Virus record (IMG/VR): IMGVR_UViG_3300033052_000026
Span: 1 to 45,080 of that record
DNA length: 45,080 bases
Reading direction: 5' to 3' (one strand)
Source of the DNA: a virus
In this document: positions 14,169-21,270 of the stretch, piece after piece
Position numbering within the stretch: the stretch's first letter is position 1
Layout: every line of letters starts with the position of its first letter
Position numbers and translations under genes: made by a program
Notes under the pieces: model-generated
Databases searched by the model: none
Told to the model about the DNA's origin: nothing
The model's input: only the letters and a program-made list of their open reading frames with translations

Positions 14169-14593
14169 GCGATGACATCGCGAAGCTGAAGCCATGCCCG
14201 TTTTGTGGCGGGAAAGCGAAACTGGCGACCTGCCGCGTTGCCGAGGATGAGGTTGCAACCTGGGCTGTTTGCACAAGCTGCGGCGCAACATCTAGCGAAA
14301 CGAGTGACGCCTACCGCGACGTCGCTACGGCGGCAGCGATCTGGAACACCCGCGCACTCGACGACGCCAAGGATAAGCGAATAGCGGAACTGGAGGCGGC
14401 GCTTGAGCCATTCGCGGCCTTCTATGAAAAACGACACGCCCGCTATGTTCGGCGCGGCGGTTCCTTTGCTGGCTTTCCTGACAGCCACCCGTCATTCGAT
14501 ATCGACGCGGATAAGCGCGAACTGCCACTCGGTGTTTGGCGGGCTGCTGCTCGTCTTGTCCGCCCCTCACCCGAGGCAGAAGCCAATGAATAA
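14165..14593 (+). CDS. lar: Lar-family restriction-alleviation-like protein with a C-terminal extension
   Basis: LKPCPFCGGKA...W.V.C..CGA......AIWNTRA zinc-ribbon pattern. Confidence 0.7.
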   Translation: MSDDIAKLKPCPFCGGKAKLATCRVAEDEVATWAVCTSCGATSSETSDAYRDVATAAAIWNTRALDDAKDKRIAELEAALEPFAAFYEKRHARYVRRGGSFAGFPDSHPSFDIDADKRELPLGVWRAAARLVRPSPEAEANE

Positions 14594-14894
14594 GAGGGTG
14601 GAGACGCTGAGCGAAGACGCCAAATTCTTTGGGGCATCCATGTTCTCGCTCATGGAGCCCGGAGAGGGCAAGCTCACATTCAAGATGATTGAGAGTGTGC
14701 CATCGCCCCGGTCGCAGGCCGCGCTAGACGAACTAGTTGCCGCTGGGCTCGTTGCCGTTGAGCCCTTTAATCATCTGGGCGGCGTCGTCTACACGCCGTT
14801 GGTCACGTTCAAGCGTCCCGGCAAGGTCCCTGCTGGCGCGTGGCCGATCACGATCCCTCGCCCCGCCCCCGCACAGAAGGACCAGGCGGAATGA
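14586..14894 (+). CDS. Hypothetical protein (102 aa)
   Basis: ATG 14586 overlaps the end of the Lar-like gene. Its stop overlaps the next ATG. Confidence 0.55.
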   Translation: MNKRVETLSEDAKFFGASMFSLMEPGEGKLTFKMIESVPSPRSQAALDELVAAGLVAVEPFNHLGGVVYTPLVTFKRPGKVPAGAWPITIPRPAPAQKDQAE

Positions 14895-15199
14895 CGCGGG
14901 CCGGGATCAAGAACGTATACACGCCGACGACCCTGGCGGAGCGCTGGGAGTGTTCGGAACGCCATGTTCGCAACCTAATTGCGGCCGGCGACTTGCGGGC
15001 CTTCCATCTTGGGGGCAAGCTGCTGCGAATTCGCGGCGAGGAAGTGGAGGCCTTCGAGTGCCAGACTGGCGCATTACCAGACTCAGAGGCCAGTTCGCCC
15101 TCACCTTCGAGCGAGGCGGAAAGCGCCACCGTTATACGCTCAACACCGATGATGCGAGCGAAGCTCAGCGCCTTGCGCCCGCCGTCTATGCGCAGCTAA
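14891..15199 (+). CDS. Excisionase/AlpA-type HTH DNA-binding protein
   Basis: YTPTTLAERWECSERHVRNLIAAGDLRAFHLGGKLLRIRGEEVEAF. The frame stays open 142 nt into the integrase gene. Confidence 0.6.
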   Translation: MTRAGIKNVYTPTTLAERWECSERHVRNLIAAGDLRAFHLGGKLLRIRGEEVEAFECQTGALPDSEASSPSPSSEAESATVIRSTPMMRAKLSALRPPSMRS

Positions 15200-16098
15200 C
15201 GCGCCCGGCAGGCCGCAAGGTCGCCGACATCTGGGAGGCCTATCGCCAGGACAAGGCCGCCAAATCGATCGCCACCACCATGAAATACACATGGAAGGCG
15301 ATCGAGCCACATTTCGGGCATCGAGACGGCGAAGATATCTCCAAGGTCGAATGCGAGGCCTACACCGCGGCCCGGCGCAAGCAGGGGCGATCTGACGGAG
15401 CCATCCATACTGAGTTGGGCCATCTTCGCACTGCGCTGGTGTGGGCCGTCAAGAACAAGATCATTTCCCACGCGCCAGACATCGACCGGCCGGCAAAGCC
15501 ACAGCCAAAGGATCGGCACCTGACGCGTGACGAAGCGCGGAGGATGATCGCCGCGGCACCGCTGCCACATGTCCGGCTGGCCATGCATCTCATGCTGGCG
15601 ACGGCAGCGCGCGTCTCGGCTGTCCTGGATCTGACCTGGGATCGCGTTGACTTCAAGCGCAGGCTCATCCACCTGATCGACCCGGAGAACAACGTGAACC
15701 GAAAGGGACGCGCCACAGTCCCTATGAACGACACGCTATTCGCCGCACTGCAGGAAGCACGCAAAGGTGGGTTGAGCGATTACGTGATCGAGTGGGGCGG
15801 CGAGCGCGTGAAGTCGATCAAGCGCAGCATCGGAACCGCGGCCACGGCAGCGGGGCTTGCGGATGTCTCGCCGCACGTGTTCCGCCACACCGCTGCCGTC
15901 TGGTTGGCAGAGGCCGGCATCCCAATATCGGAGATTGCCCAATATCTCGGCCACTCGAACCCGATCATCACCTATCGTGTCTATGCCAGGTACAGCCCGA
16001 CGCACCTGCGGGGCGCCGCCAAAGCCCTGGAAATGGGAATTTACGAAGTTCCCGCTGGCACGCATGAACCTGCGAAGAAGAACACAGACAGAACCTGA
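15058..16098 (+). CDS. int: Tyrosine integrase
   Basis: ATAARVSAVLDLTW, HVFRHTAAVW, LGHSNPIITYRVYARY catalytic motifs. GTG start follows SD GGAGG with a 7-nt spacing. Typical N-terminus PDWRITRLRGQFALTF. Confidence 0.9.
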   Translation: MPDWRITRLRGQFALTFERGGKRHRYTLNTDDASEAQRLAPAVYAQLTRPAGRKVADIWEAYRQDKAAKSIATTMKYTWKAIEPHFGHRDGEDISKVECEAYTAARRKQGRSDGAIHTELGHLRTALVWAVKNKIISHAPDIDRPAKPQPKDRHLTRDEARRMIAAAPLPHVRLAMHLMLATAARVSAVLDLTWDRVDFKRRLIHLIDPENNVNRKGRATVPMNDTLFAALQEARKGGLSDYVIEWGGERVKSIKRSIGTAATAAGLADVSPHVFRHTAAVWLAEAGIPISEIAQYLGHSNPIITYRVYARYSPTHLRGAAKALEMGIYEVPAGTHEPAKKNTDRT

Positions 16099-16166
16099 TG
16101 CCAAAGACGCCGGCTGCGAAGTGACCTTTTCCGGGATTCCCGCGGGGTTCAGTGGCGTCCCAAAAG

Positions 16167-16211
16167 TTTACACCGAAGATGTCGGCGGTTCGAGCCCGTC
16201 ATCGCCCACCA
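16167..16211 (+). other. attP core candidate: 3' half of a tRNA-Val(TAC) gene
   Basis: TTTACAC anticodon loop; T-arm GGCGG-TTCGAGC-CCGTC; acceptor ATCGCCC-A-CCA. No 5' acceptor strand or D-arm upstream. Lies 69 nt after the int stop. Confidence 0.65.
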
Positions 16212-16381
16212 TCCTCCCGCTTGAAAAGATTGGATTTTTCGGCGCTTTGGATCAGATATACGAAGCGCCCGAAGGGTTCGATGAACCTGAACGTCATCGC
16301 CGCGTCCTCGCCCGCCGAACCGAATAGCGGTGCAGGTTCCAGCGGATCAGCATCATGATCAGCCAGTTCATCGCGGGATGC

Positions 16382-16696
16382 TTAGGCGTCCCGCCCCGGA
16401 ACGACAGGAGTTGCGTCCTTTCCGCTGCTGATGACGCAGGCGGCCGTTCCTTGGCCGACAACCAGCGTCCAGGTCTTATTGGGGGACTGGAATAGGTAGG
16501 AGCGGATCGTGCCATCGCCCCGGTCATTAACACCCGACCATACGATTTCCTCGCCGTAGCGCTCCTTGAGCCTGTCAACCACGGTTGACAGATCGGTGCA
16601 TTCTTGGGCTTGCGCCTTAGACGCGAGGAACAGCAGCCCGCCGATTGACAGGCAAACGCCGAGAGCGGCCACAAGCCGCGCAGACCGAGCAGTCAT
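16382..16696 (-). CDS. Secreted small protein (signal peptide ...ASKAQA-QE), last gene of the leftward operon
   Basis: ATG 16696. N-terminus MTARSARLVAALGVCLSIGGLLFLASKAQAQE. Confidence 0.6.
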   Translation of the reverse strand: MTARSARLVAALGVCLSIGGLLFLASKAQAQECTDLSTVVDRLKERYGEEIVWSGVNDRGDGTIRSYLFQSPNKTWTLVVGQGTAACVISSGKDATPVVPGRDA

Positions 16697-16704
16697 GTTG
16701 CACC

Positions 16705-16866
16705 CTATTTGTTGAGGATCTTGCTGAGGATTTGGACGATCAGCCACGCGCAGCCGAGGATCGGCAGGAGCAGCGCGGCCAGTTGGGAGATGTCCGCCAG
16801 CGACGGCATCCACCAGGGGCTGACAACAGCCCCAGCAGCAATGGTATTCGTCATTTTCTCCATCAT
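16705..16866 (-). CDS. 53-aa membrane protein, holin-like
   Basis: Hand translation: MMEKMTNTIAAGAVVSPWWMPSLADISQLAALLLPILGCAWLIVQILSKILNK. The ATG overlaps the o-spanin stop. Confidence 0.5.
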   Translation of the reverse strand: MMEKMTNTIAAGAVVSPWWMPSLADISQLAALLLPILGCAWLIVQILSKILNK

Positions 16867-17048
16867 GGGCGCCAGCGGCAGAGAGCCGCTCCCTTCTGGT
16901 TGTGGGAGAGGATTTCTGCCACTTGGGCGTCTGTCAGTTGGTCGACTTGCTCGGGCATGAGCCTGATTGGCCGGGATATGTCACAGAACGACCCTCGGGC
17001 CGTGGTGCAGCCGGCGAGCAGGAGGGCGAGGATCAGTGCTTTGCCCAT
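16863..17048 (-). CDS. o-spanin-like outer-membrane lipoprotein
   Basis: Lipobox LLAGC. Overlaps the end of the i-spanin gene by 16 nt. Confidence 0.65.
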   Translation of the reverse strand: MGKALILALLLAGCTTARGSFCDISRPIRLMPEQVDQLTDAQVAEILSHNQKGAALCRWRP

Positions 17049-17266
17049 TTCTTCAACTCGTCTCGATTGGAGGCTGGGGAGCGGCCGGCAATGGCGTCGT
17101 CGATTTCGTCGGCTATGTCGCGGGCCTTCAATTCCTCGGCGGCCCGCTTCGCCCGCTCGGCCTTCACGCCTGATTGGCGAGCCTTCCAGAGGGCAAGGAG
17201 GACGCCGGCCCCGCCGATCAGGTAGGGCAAGAACTTGGCGAGGAGGGAGAGGACGAGGGCAGTCAT
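17033..17266 (-). CDS. i-spanin-like protein (N-terminal TM plus charged coiled coil)
   Basis: MTALVLSLLAKFLPYLIGGAGVLLALW followed by KAERAKRAAEELKARD. Confidence 0.6.
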   Translation of the reverse strand: MTALVLSLLAKFLPYLIGGAGVLLALWKARQSGVKAERAKRAAEELKARDIADEIDDAIAGRSPASNRDELKKWAKH

Positions 17267-17430
17267 TTCGCCCGCTCCCGGTTCGGCACCAGCCAGACGA
17301 GGAAGGCCGTCACAGCCCCGACGATGGCGTTGGCGGTCACATCGTCCATGCCGAGGTCAAAGCCGGTGTAGGATCGAATGAAGGCCACCAGTGCCATGAT
17401 CAGCGCGACCCAGAATTTCGCGTAACGCAT
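17263..17430 (-). CDS. 55-aa two-TM holin-like protein
   Basis: Hand translation: MRYAKFWVALIMALVAFIRSYTGFDLGMDDVTANAIVGAVTAFLVWLVPNRERAK. Starts 1 nt after the endolysin stop. Confidence 0.55.
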   Translation of the reverse strand: MRYAKFWVALIMALVAFIRSYTGFDLGMDDVTANAIVGAVTAFLVWLVPNRERAK

Positions 17431-17431
17431 G

Positions 17432-18109
17432 TCAGTTGCCCTTTCGAGAGAATGCCCAGGCGAGTGCCTTGGCGATGAGCTGGAGGAAGAAGCGGAAGCC
17501 CTTGGCGGGTTCGGCGGGGGTGGTGCCCAAATCGCGTGTTTTCGGCTCGGGCGCCTTGGGGATGCTGGGTTTCGGGGCGGTGCCCTCGCCTGTGTTCGGC
17601 GCGGCCATCTTCAGCGCCTCGGAGCGCACGCCAGCAACGCGAGAGGACCAACCCTTGCCGAAGGTGCCGAAGGTCTTCAGACGGCGCAGGAAGGCCATGC
17701 GTCGGTCGCAAAGATCATGGATGACTGCGGAGTGCGGCTTAGCTCGAACCGCTGCCAGCGTGGCCGGGCCGATACGGCCGTCTTGCACGACACCGGCAAC
17801 ACCCTGCAGGTACTTCGCCGCCCTGCCCGGTCCGCTGTTCACGGCGAAGTCGAACACGGCATAGTCGACGCCGTCGGGAAGCTCGGCGCCCCGCACCGCG
17901 TCCCAGTAGAAACGCCGGTAGACCGAGGCCACCTGCTCGTTGGTGATCTTGCGGAGATCGTCCTTGGTCGCACCCGGCTTCACGTAGCGGCGGAAGTTCG
18001 CCAGCGTGACGCCCTTCATGGTGGCGCCGCCGGGATCGGCCGGGTGATCCGACCAGCCGCCCTCATGTTTCAAGACGAGCGAAAGCGCCTGCGCGAAGTT
18101 GCGGTCCAT
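17432..18109 (-). CDS. GH108-type endolysin (N-acetylmuramidase) with a peptidoglycan-binding region and an amphipathic C-terminus
   Basis: LKHEGGWSDHPADPGGATMKGVT motif. SD AAGGA before ATG 18109. Confidence 0.85.
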   Translation of the reverse strand: MDRNFAQALSLVLKHEGGWSDHPADPGGATMKGVTLANFRRYVKPGATKDDLRKITNEQVASVYRRFYWDAVRGAELPDGVDYAVFDFAVNSGPGRAAKYLQGVAGVVQDGRIGPATLAAVRAKPHSAVIHDLCDRRMAFLRRLKTFGTFGKGWSSRVAGVRSEALKMAAPNTGEGTAPKPSIPKAPEPKTRDLGTTPAEPAKGFRFFLQLIAKALAWAFSRKGN

Positions 18110-18135
18110 GGTGCATTCCTTCGGTTGTAAGGGGG

Positions 18136-19422
18136 TCAGGCCTTGGCAGGCTCCAAGGCGGTAATTCTCGCCTCGTGGTCCTTGAGCTTCAGCCACATGG
18201 CGTTGCAGACAATGGCCAGCATTTCCATGGCCAGCCACTTGCGGGAGAACATCTCCCCCATGCAGAGACCATTGTGCTCCCAGTCCAACTGTGTCGGCAT
18301 GCCCGGCAGTGCCTCATCAGCCCGCATCTTGGCGAAATACTGCTCAGGGTCGCGAGGATCGAAGCCGGCATCACACATCGCCTTGAAGATGCGCGCCGTT
18401 CGATGGATGCGCGAGACGGTTTGCGCTGGCGTCACCACTTCTTCCACGACCGGATGTTCGACCACATCAATGCCGTTGCCAAACTCGTCCCATACGGGCT
18501 CAAGGTCAATTTTCTGCACCCGCTCAGTGACGATTACCGTTCGACGGACAAGGCCGTCTTCTGTCTGCTCGTCAATGGTGCGCTTGACCTGCTTTTCGAT
18601 CATCACAGGGATGGTTTCTCTGACCTCTGGGATGATCAGGTCGGGCACCATGGCGTCCCATTTTTCGAGATCGATACCTCCCTTGGTGCGGAACTCTTCG
18701 GCCATCGCCATACAGGTCAGTAGAACGTTGTCGTCGTAGACGGCGCCGAAGTTGATGGTGTTGTTACCCTTGTCGCCACCTGTGGCCGAGGCATGATAAA
18801 TGCCCCCCCCGACTTGCATACGATTCGCAAGAGTGCCCGCCTGAAAGGTGGCAAACCTGTAATCAGCGGTTTCCGCGCCGTTGGCATCTTGGATGCAAAC
18901 GACCGTCATCTCTCCAAAAGCTTGATTGTTTGCGGCATCGTCCGTTCCTCGGAAAACGATGCGTCCAACAACGGCATTATCGCCGTGTGCGTCGGCTCTC
19001 CGAACCTGTATGTCGCCAAAAGTTCCTGTAGCCTGGACCGTCAATGCACCACCACTGAACGTCGGCGAAGTGTCCAGTAGCGGCACTGTGCTGCCAGATG
19101 TGCCCGTGTTCTGGGTTGCTGCGGTGCCAAGCCCGAGTGTTGTCCTCTGGGCGGCTGCATTCGCATCATCCACCAGCGCCCTGCCGGCCGATGTGAATGT
19201 CGCCAGCGCTGCTGTACCGGAACCGGTGAAATATGGGAGGCTGTCGGCGGCAGAAGTCAGCCCAGCAATCGCGGTCAATTCCGCGTCCAGCGGCTGGAAC
19301 CCAAACGCATTGCCAATCTCGACAGCCGGCACGCCATAGACCTGATTGCCGATCACGATGGCAAGGCTGGTCTGGGTCAAGTCGCTAGGCGCCCTGACGC
19401 GGGGGATGTTCGGTTGCTGCAT
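18136..19422 (-). CDS. Tail fibre protein A
   Basis: N-terminal fibre repeat (LTAIAGLTSAADSLPYFTGSG..LGLGTAA). Shares the ..GTL..R..GG.Y...ATGGD.G..IN module with 21270-22235. Confidence 0.75.
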   Translation of the reverse strand: MQQPNIPRVRAPSDLTQTSLAIVIGNQVYGVPAVEIGNAFGFQPLDAELTAIAGLTSAADSLPYFTGSGTAALATFTSAGRALVDDANAAAQRTTLGLGTAATQNTGTSGSTVPLLDTSPTFSGGALTVQATGTFGDIQVRRADAHGDNAVVGRIVFRGTDDAANNQAFGEMTVVCIQDANGAETADYRFATFQAGTLANRMQVGGGIYHASATGGDKGNNTINFGAVYDDNVLLTCMAMAEEFRTKGGIDLEKWDAMVPDLIIPEVRETIPVMIEKQVKRTIDEQTEDGLVRRTVIVTERVQKIDLEPVWDEFGNGIDVVEHPVVEEVVTPAQTVSRIHRTARIFKAMCDAGFDPRDPEQYFAKMRADEALPGMPTQLDWEHNGLCMGEMFSRKWLAMEMLAIVCNAMWLKLKDHEARITALEPAKA

Positions 19423-19464
19423 TAGGGATACCTGCAAGTAGATCGCCGCAGGCTAGCTGCGCGC

Positions 19465-19668
19465 TCAGTCCGATTTATCGTGAGGTAGCTCGCGGCGCTC
19501 AAGTTCGCGCTCAAGGGCTTCGCGGATGAACTCGGCGCGCTTGTTTTTGCCGACAATGGCGTCAATCCGATCCGGCATGTCTTCCGGCAGTCGGACGAGT
19601 ACTGGCTTCACGTTGAGTGGCGGACGTCCCATTCGGTTGGGACTAACTGATGCCGATGTATTGGTCAA
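19465..19668 (-). CDS. Ribbon-helix-helix (CopG/Arc/Mnt-like) regulator
   Basis: GRPPLNVKPVLVRLPEDMPDRIDAIVGKNKRAEFIREALERELERRE. Confidence 0.75.
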   Translation of the reverse strand: MTNTSASVSPNRMGRPPLNVKPVLVRLPEDMPDRIDAIVGKNKRAEFIREALERELERRELPHDKSD

Positions 19669-19683
19669 ACCTTCACCATAAAC

Positions 19684-19721
19684 GATATCGCTTATTGACG
19701 TTTGTTCTTATAAGCGATATC
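19684..19721. promoter_or_regulatory. Perfect 12-bp inverted repeat GATATCGCTTAT-N14-ATAAGCGATATC (operator candidate)
   Basis: Lies between the divergent RHH gene and + strand ORF 19758. The spacer starts with TTGACG. Confidence 0.6.
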
Positions 19722-19757
19722 ACTTATGTCTTCGATTGTCCAGATTGGAGACACCAC

Positions 19758-19949
19758 ATGTCCCGCCTCTTGCTAGCTACCCCGCTCCTTTTCATGCCTA
19801 CATTGGTTTTGAGCAACTGCGTGGCGCCGCACGCTCCCGTGACGCAATCGGCACACCTCAGCGAGCGCGATTCTTCGCCGCGTAGCCGGCCAGACACTCC
19901 AAAGAGCAGCGGCGCGCCCACTGAAGACGATGGGTCGGCTCCGTGGTGA
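19758..19949 (+). CDS. Small exported protein, possible lipoprotein (63 aa)
   Basis: SD GGAGA lies 7 nt before the ATG. N-terminus MSRLLLATPLLFMPTLVLSNC (non-canonical N at position -1). Confidence 0.5.
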   Translation: MSRLLLATPLLFMPTLVLSNCVAPHAPVTQSAHLSERDSSPRSRPDTPKSSGAPTEDDGSAPW

Positions 19950-20009
19950 GCCGCGAGTAGCTCAGCGGGTCTAATTGAAAGAGTCTAGGCTAACTGATAC
20001 ATTTCTGTA

Positions 20010-20366
20010 ATGAAACAGGCGCTTGTTATCGGGGTGCTTTTTGCTGCTTGCGTAGGCGCGCAGGCTGGCGAGGAAATCAAGCCAGAATGGAACCCTCCGG
20101 CCCGGTATGATCACCCCTTTAACGGCGCGGTTGATGTTCAGTATCTGCCACAGCCCCAAGTCATCATCGAATGTGCCAAGTTGTTTAAAGATCACAAGAT
20201 CAAGGATACGGCGGCCTACACCCAGCGCGGTTGCTCGGCCGTCACGAATCCCAATACTTGCAAGATGTTCATCGTAGACAGCCCTTATCGTGGGGCTACG
20301 CCGGAGGCGATAAAGCGCCACGAAATTGGACACTGCAACGGCTGGCCCGCCAATCATCCAGACTGA
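20010..20366 (+). CDS. Secreted 118-aa protein with a C-terminal HExxH motif (HEIGHCNGW)
   Basis: Signal peptide MKQALVIGVLFAACVGAQA. 4 Cys in the mature part. AT-rich region. No clear SD. Confidence 0.55.
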   Translation: MKQALVIGVLFAACVGAQAGEEIKPEWNPPARYDHPFNGAVDVQYLPQPQVIIECAKLFKDHKIKDTAAYTQRGCSAVTNPNTCKMFIVDSPYRGATPEAIKRHEIGHCNGWPANHPD

Positions 20367-20382
20367 AATAGGGAGAACCCGA

Positions 20383-20595
20383 ATGCGCATGCTTCCCTTG
20401 GTTTGTCTGTCTTCCCTGCTTTCAGGGTGTATGGTCTGGCCCAAGCCGGTCGATGAAGTTCAGGTTCGGCAGCCAATTGTTGTAGCCCCCAAGCCCGTTG
20501 TTGCGAAGAAAGCTGCGCCAGTTGTTCGCAAGCCCGTTATTACACAGATGCCTGCCAGCGAACGAGGCGAAGGCGGCGGTGGCTGGGATCAGTGA
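20383..20595 (+). CDS. Lipoprotein (70 aa), Pro/Val/Lys-rich mature part
   Basis: SD GGGAGAA. Canonical lipobox LLSGC. Confidence 0.6.
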   Translation: MRMLPLVCLSSLLSGCMVWPKPVDEVQVRQPIVVAPKPVVAKKAAPVVRKPVITQMPASERGEGGGGWDQ

Positions 20596-20598
20596 TCG

Positions 20599-21270
20599 TC
20601 AAGACCGCGAGAATGACGCGACAACGGCAACATTGACGCCGTTTTCCGACGTAGCAGTCCATGGAGATACAGAAACGGCGCGGGCGGTTTCAGCCAACAT
20701 ACCTATATCCCAACCAACCGTGCGCCGCTTGCCGGCGCTATCTGTCGAGTCGCTCCCTCTCTCCGTAACGCCGGCCCAAGAGAGTTCACTCGCCACGCCG
20801 CGCGATGCGAATCCTAGCAACAGGCCACTTTGGGGAATATTTAGGGACATCGGCATGGGGTCAATTAAATCATTCGAAAAATCGGTAGCGTGGGCGCTCC
20901 CGCAATTGTAGCCAGAGACACGCAAAACGATGATGCTTGTGGCAAGCCCAGCCCAAGAAACGGCTACCGTTCCAGATATTCCTGAGGGCTGGGCCACAAA
21001 CATGGCAGACCCAATTGCAGTTCCCGAGCCGGTGCCGATGGAGCGTGCGACTGTGCGGGTGGCGGCTATACCGCCAATCGTTGCCGTGGGGGAGTGGCCA
21101 GGATTAGATGCCGTGTTACCATGGGTTGCCAATACAACGACCCAACTGTCTAGCCATGAGTCACCGAAGCTAACTGTCGCGTGACTGGTTGCAGCCGTCG
21201 TGCGGTTGTCTGTTACCTCCACTGGTTCGCGAGCCCAAGAGGCTGTCGGCGGCATCCAGAACACAGCCAT
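20599..21270 (-). CDS. Hypothetical fibre-associated protein (223 aa)
   Basis: The ATG overlaps the stop of fibre B. More AT-rich. Confidence 0.6.
   Translation of the reverse strand: MAVFWMPPTASWAREPVEVTDNRTTAATSHATVSFGDSWLDSWVVVLATHGNTASNPGHSPTATIGGIAATRTVARSIGTGSGTAIGSAMFVAQPSGISGTVAVSWAGLATSIIVLRVSGYNCGSAHATDFSNDLIDPMPMSLNIPQSGLLLGFASRGVASELSWAGVTERGSDSTDSAGKRRTVGWDIGMLAETARAVSVSPWTATSENGVNVAVVASFSRS

Noticed and set aside
16120-16211. A complete tRNA gene downstream of the integrase.
   Set aside because: Only the anticodon loop to CCA end is present. The complementary 5' acceptor strand (GGGCGAT), the D-arm and the 5' anticodon stem strand cannot be found upstream, so the tRNA cloverleaf cannot form.
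19971-20444. 157-aa reverse-strand ORF overlapping the secreted-protein gene.
   Set aside because: The + strand ORF 20010-20366 has a textbook signal peptide and cleavage site and is followed by a lipoprotein gene with an SD. The reverse ORF has no start context, and its sequence is not protein-like.
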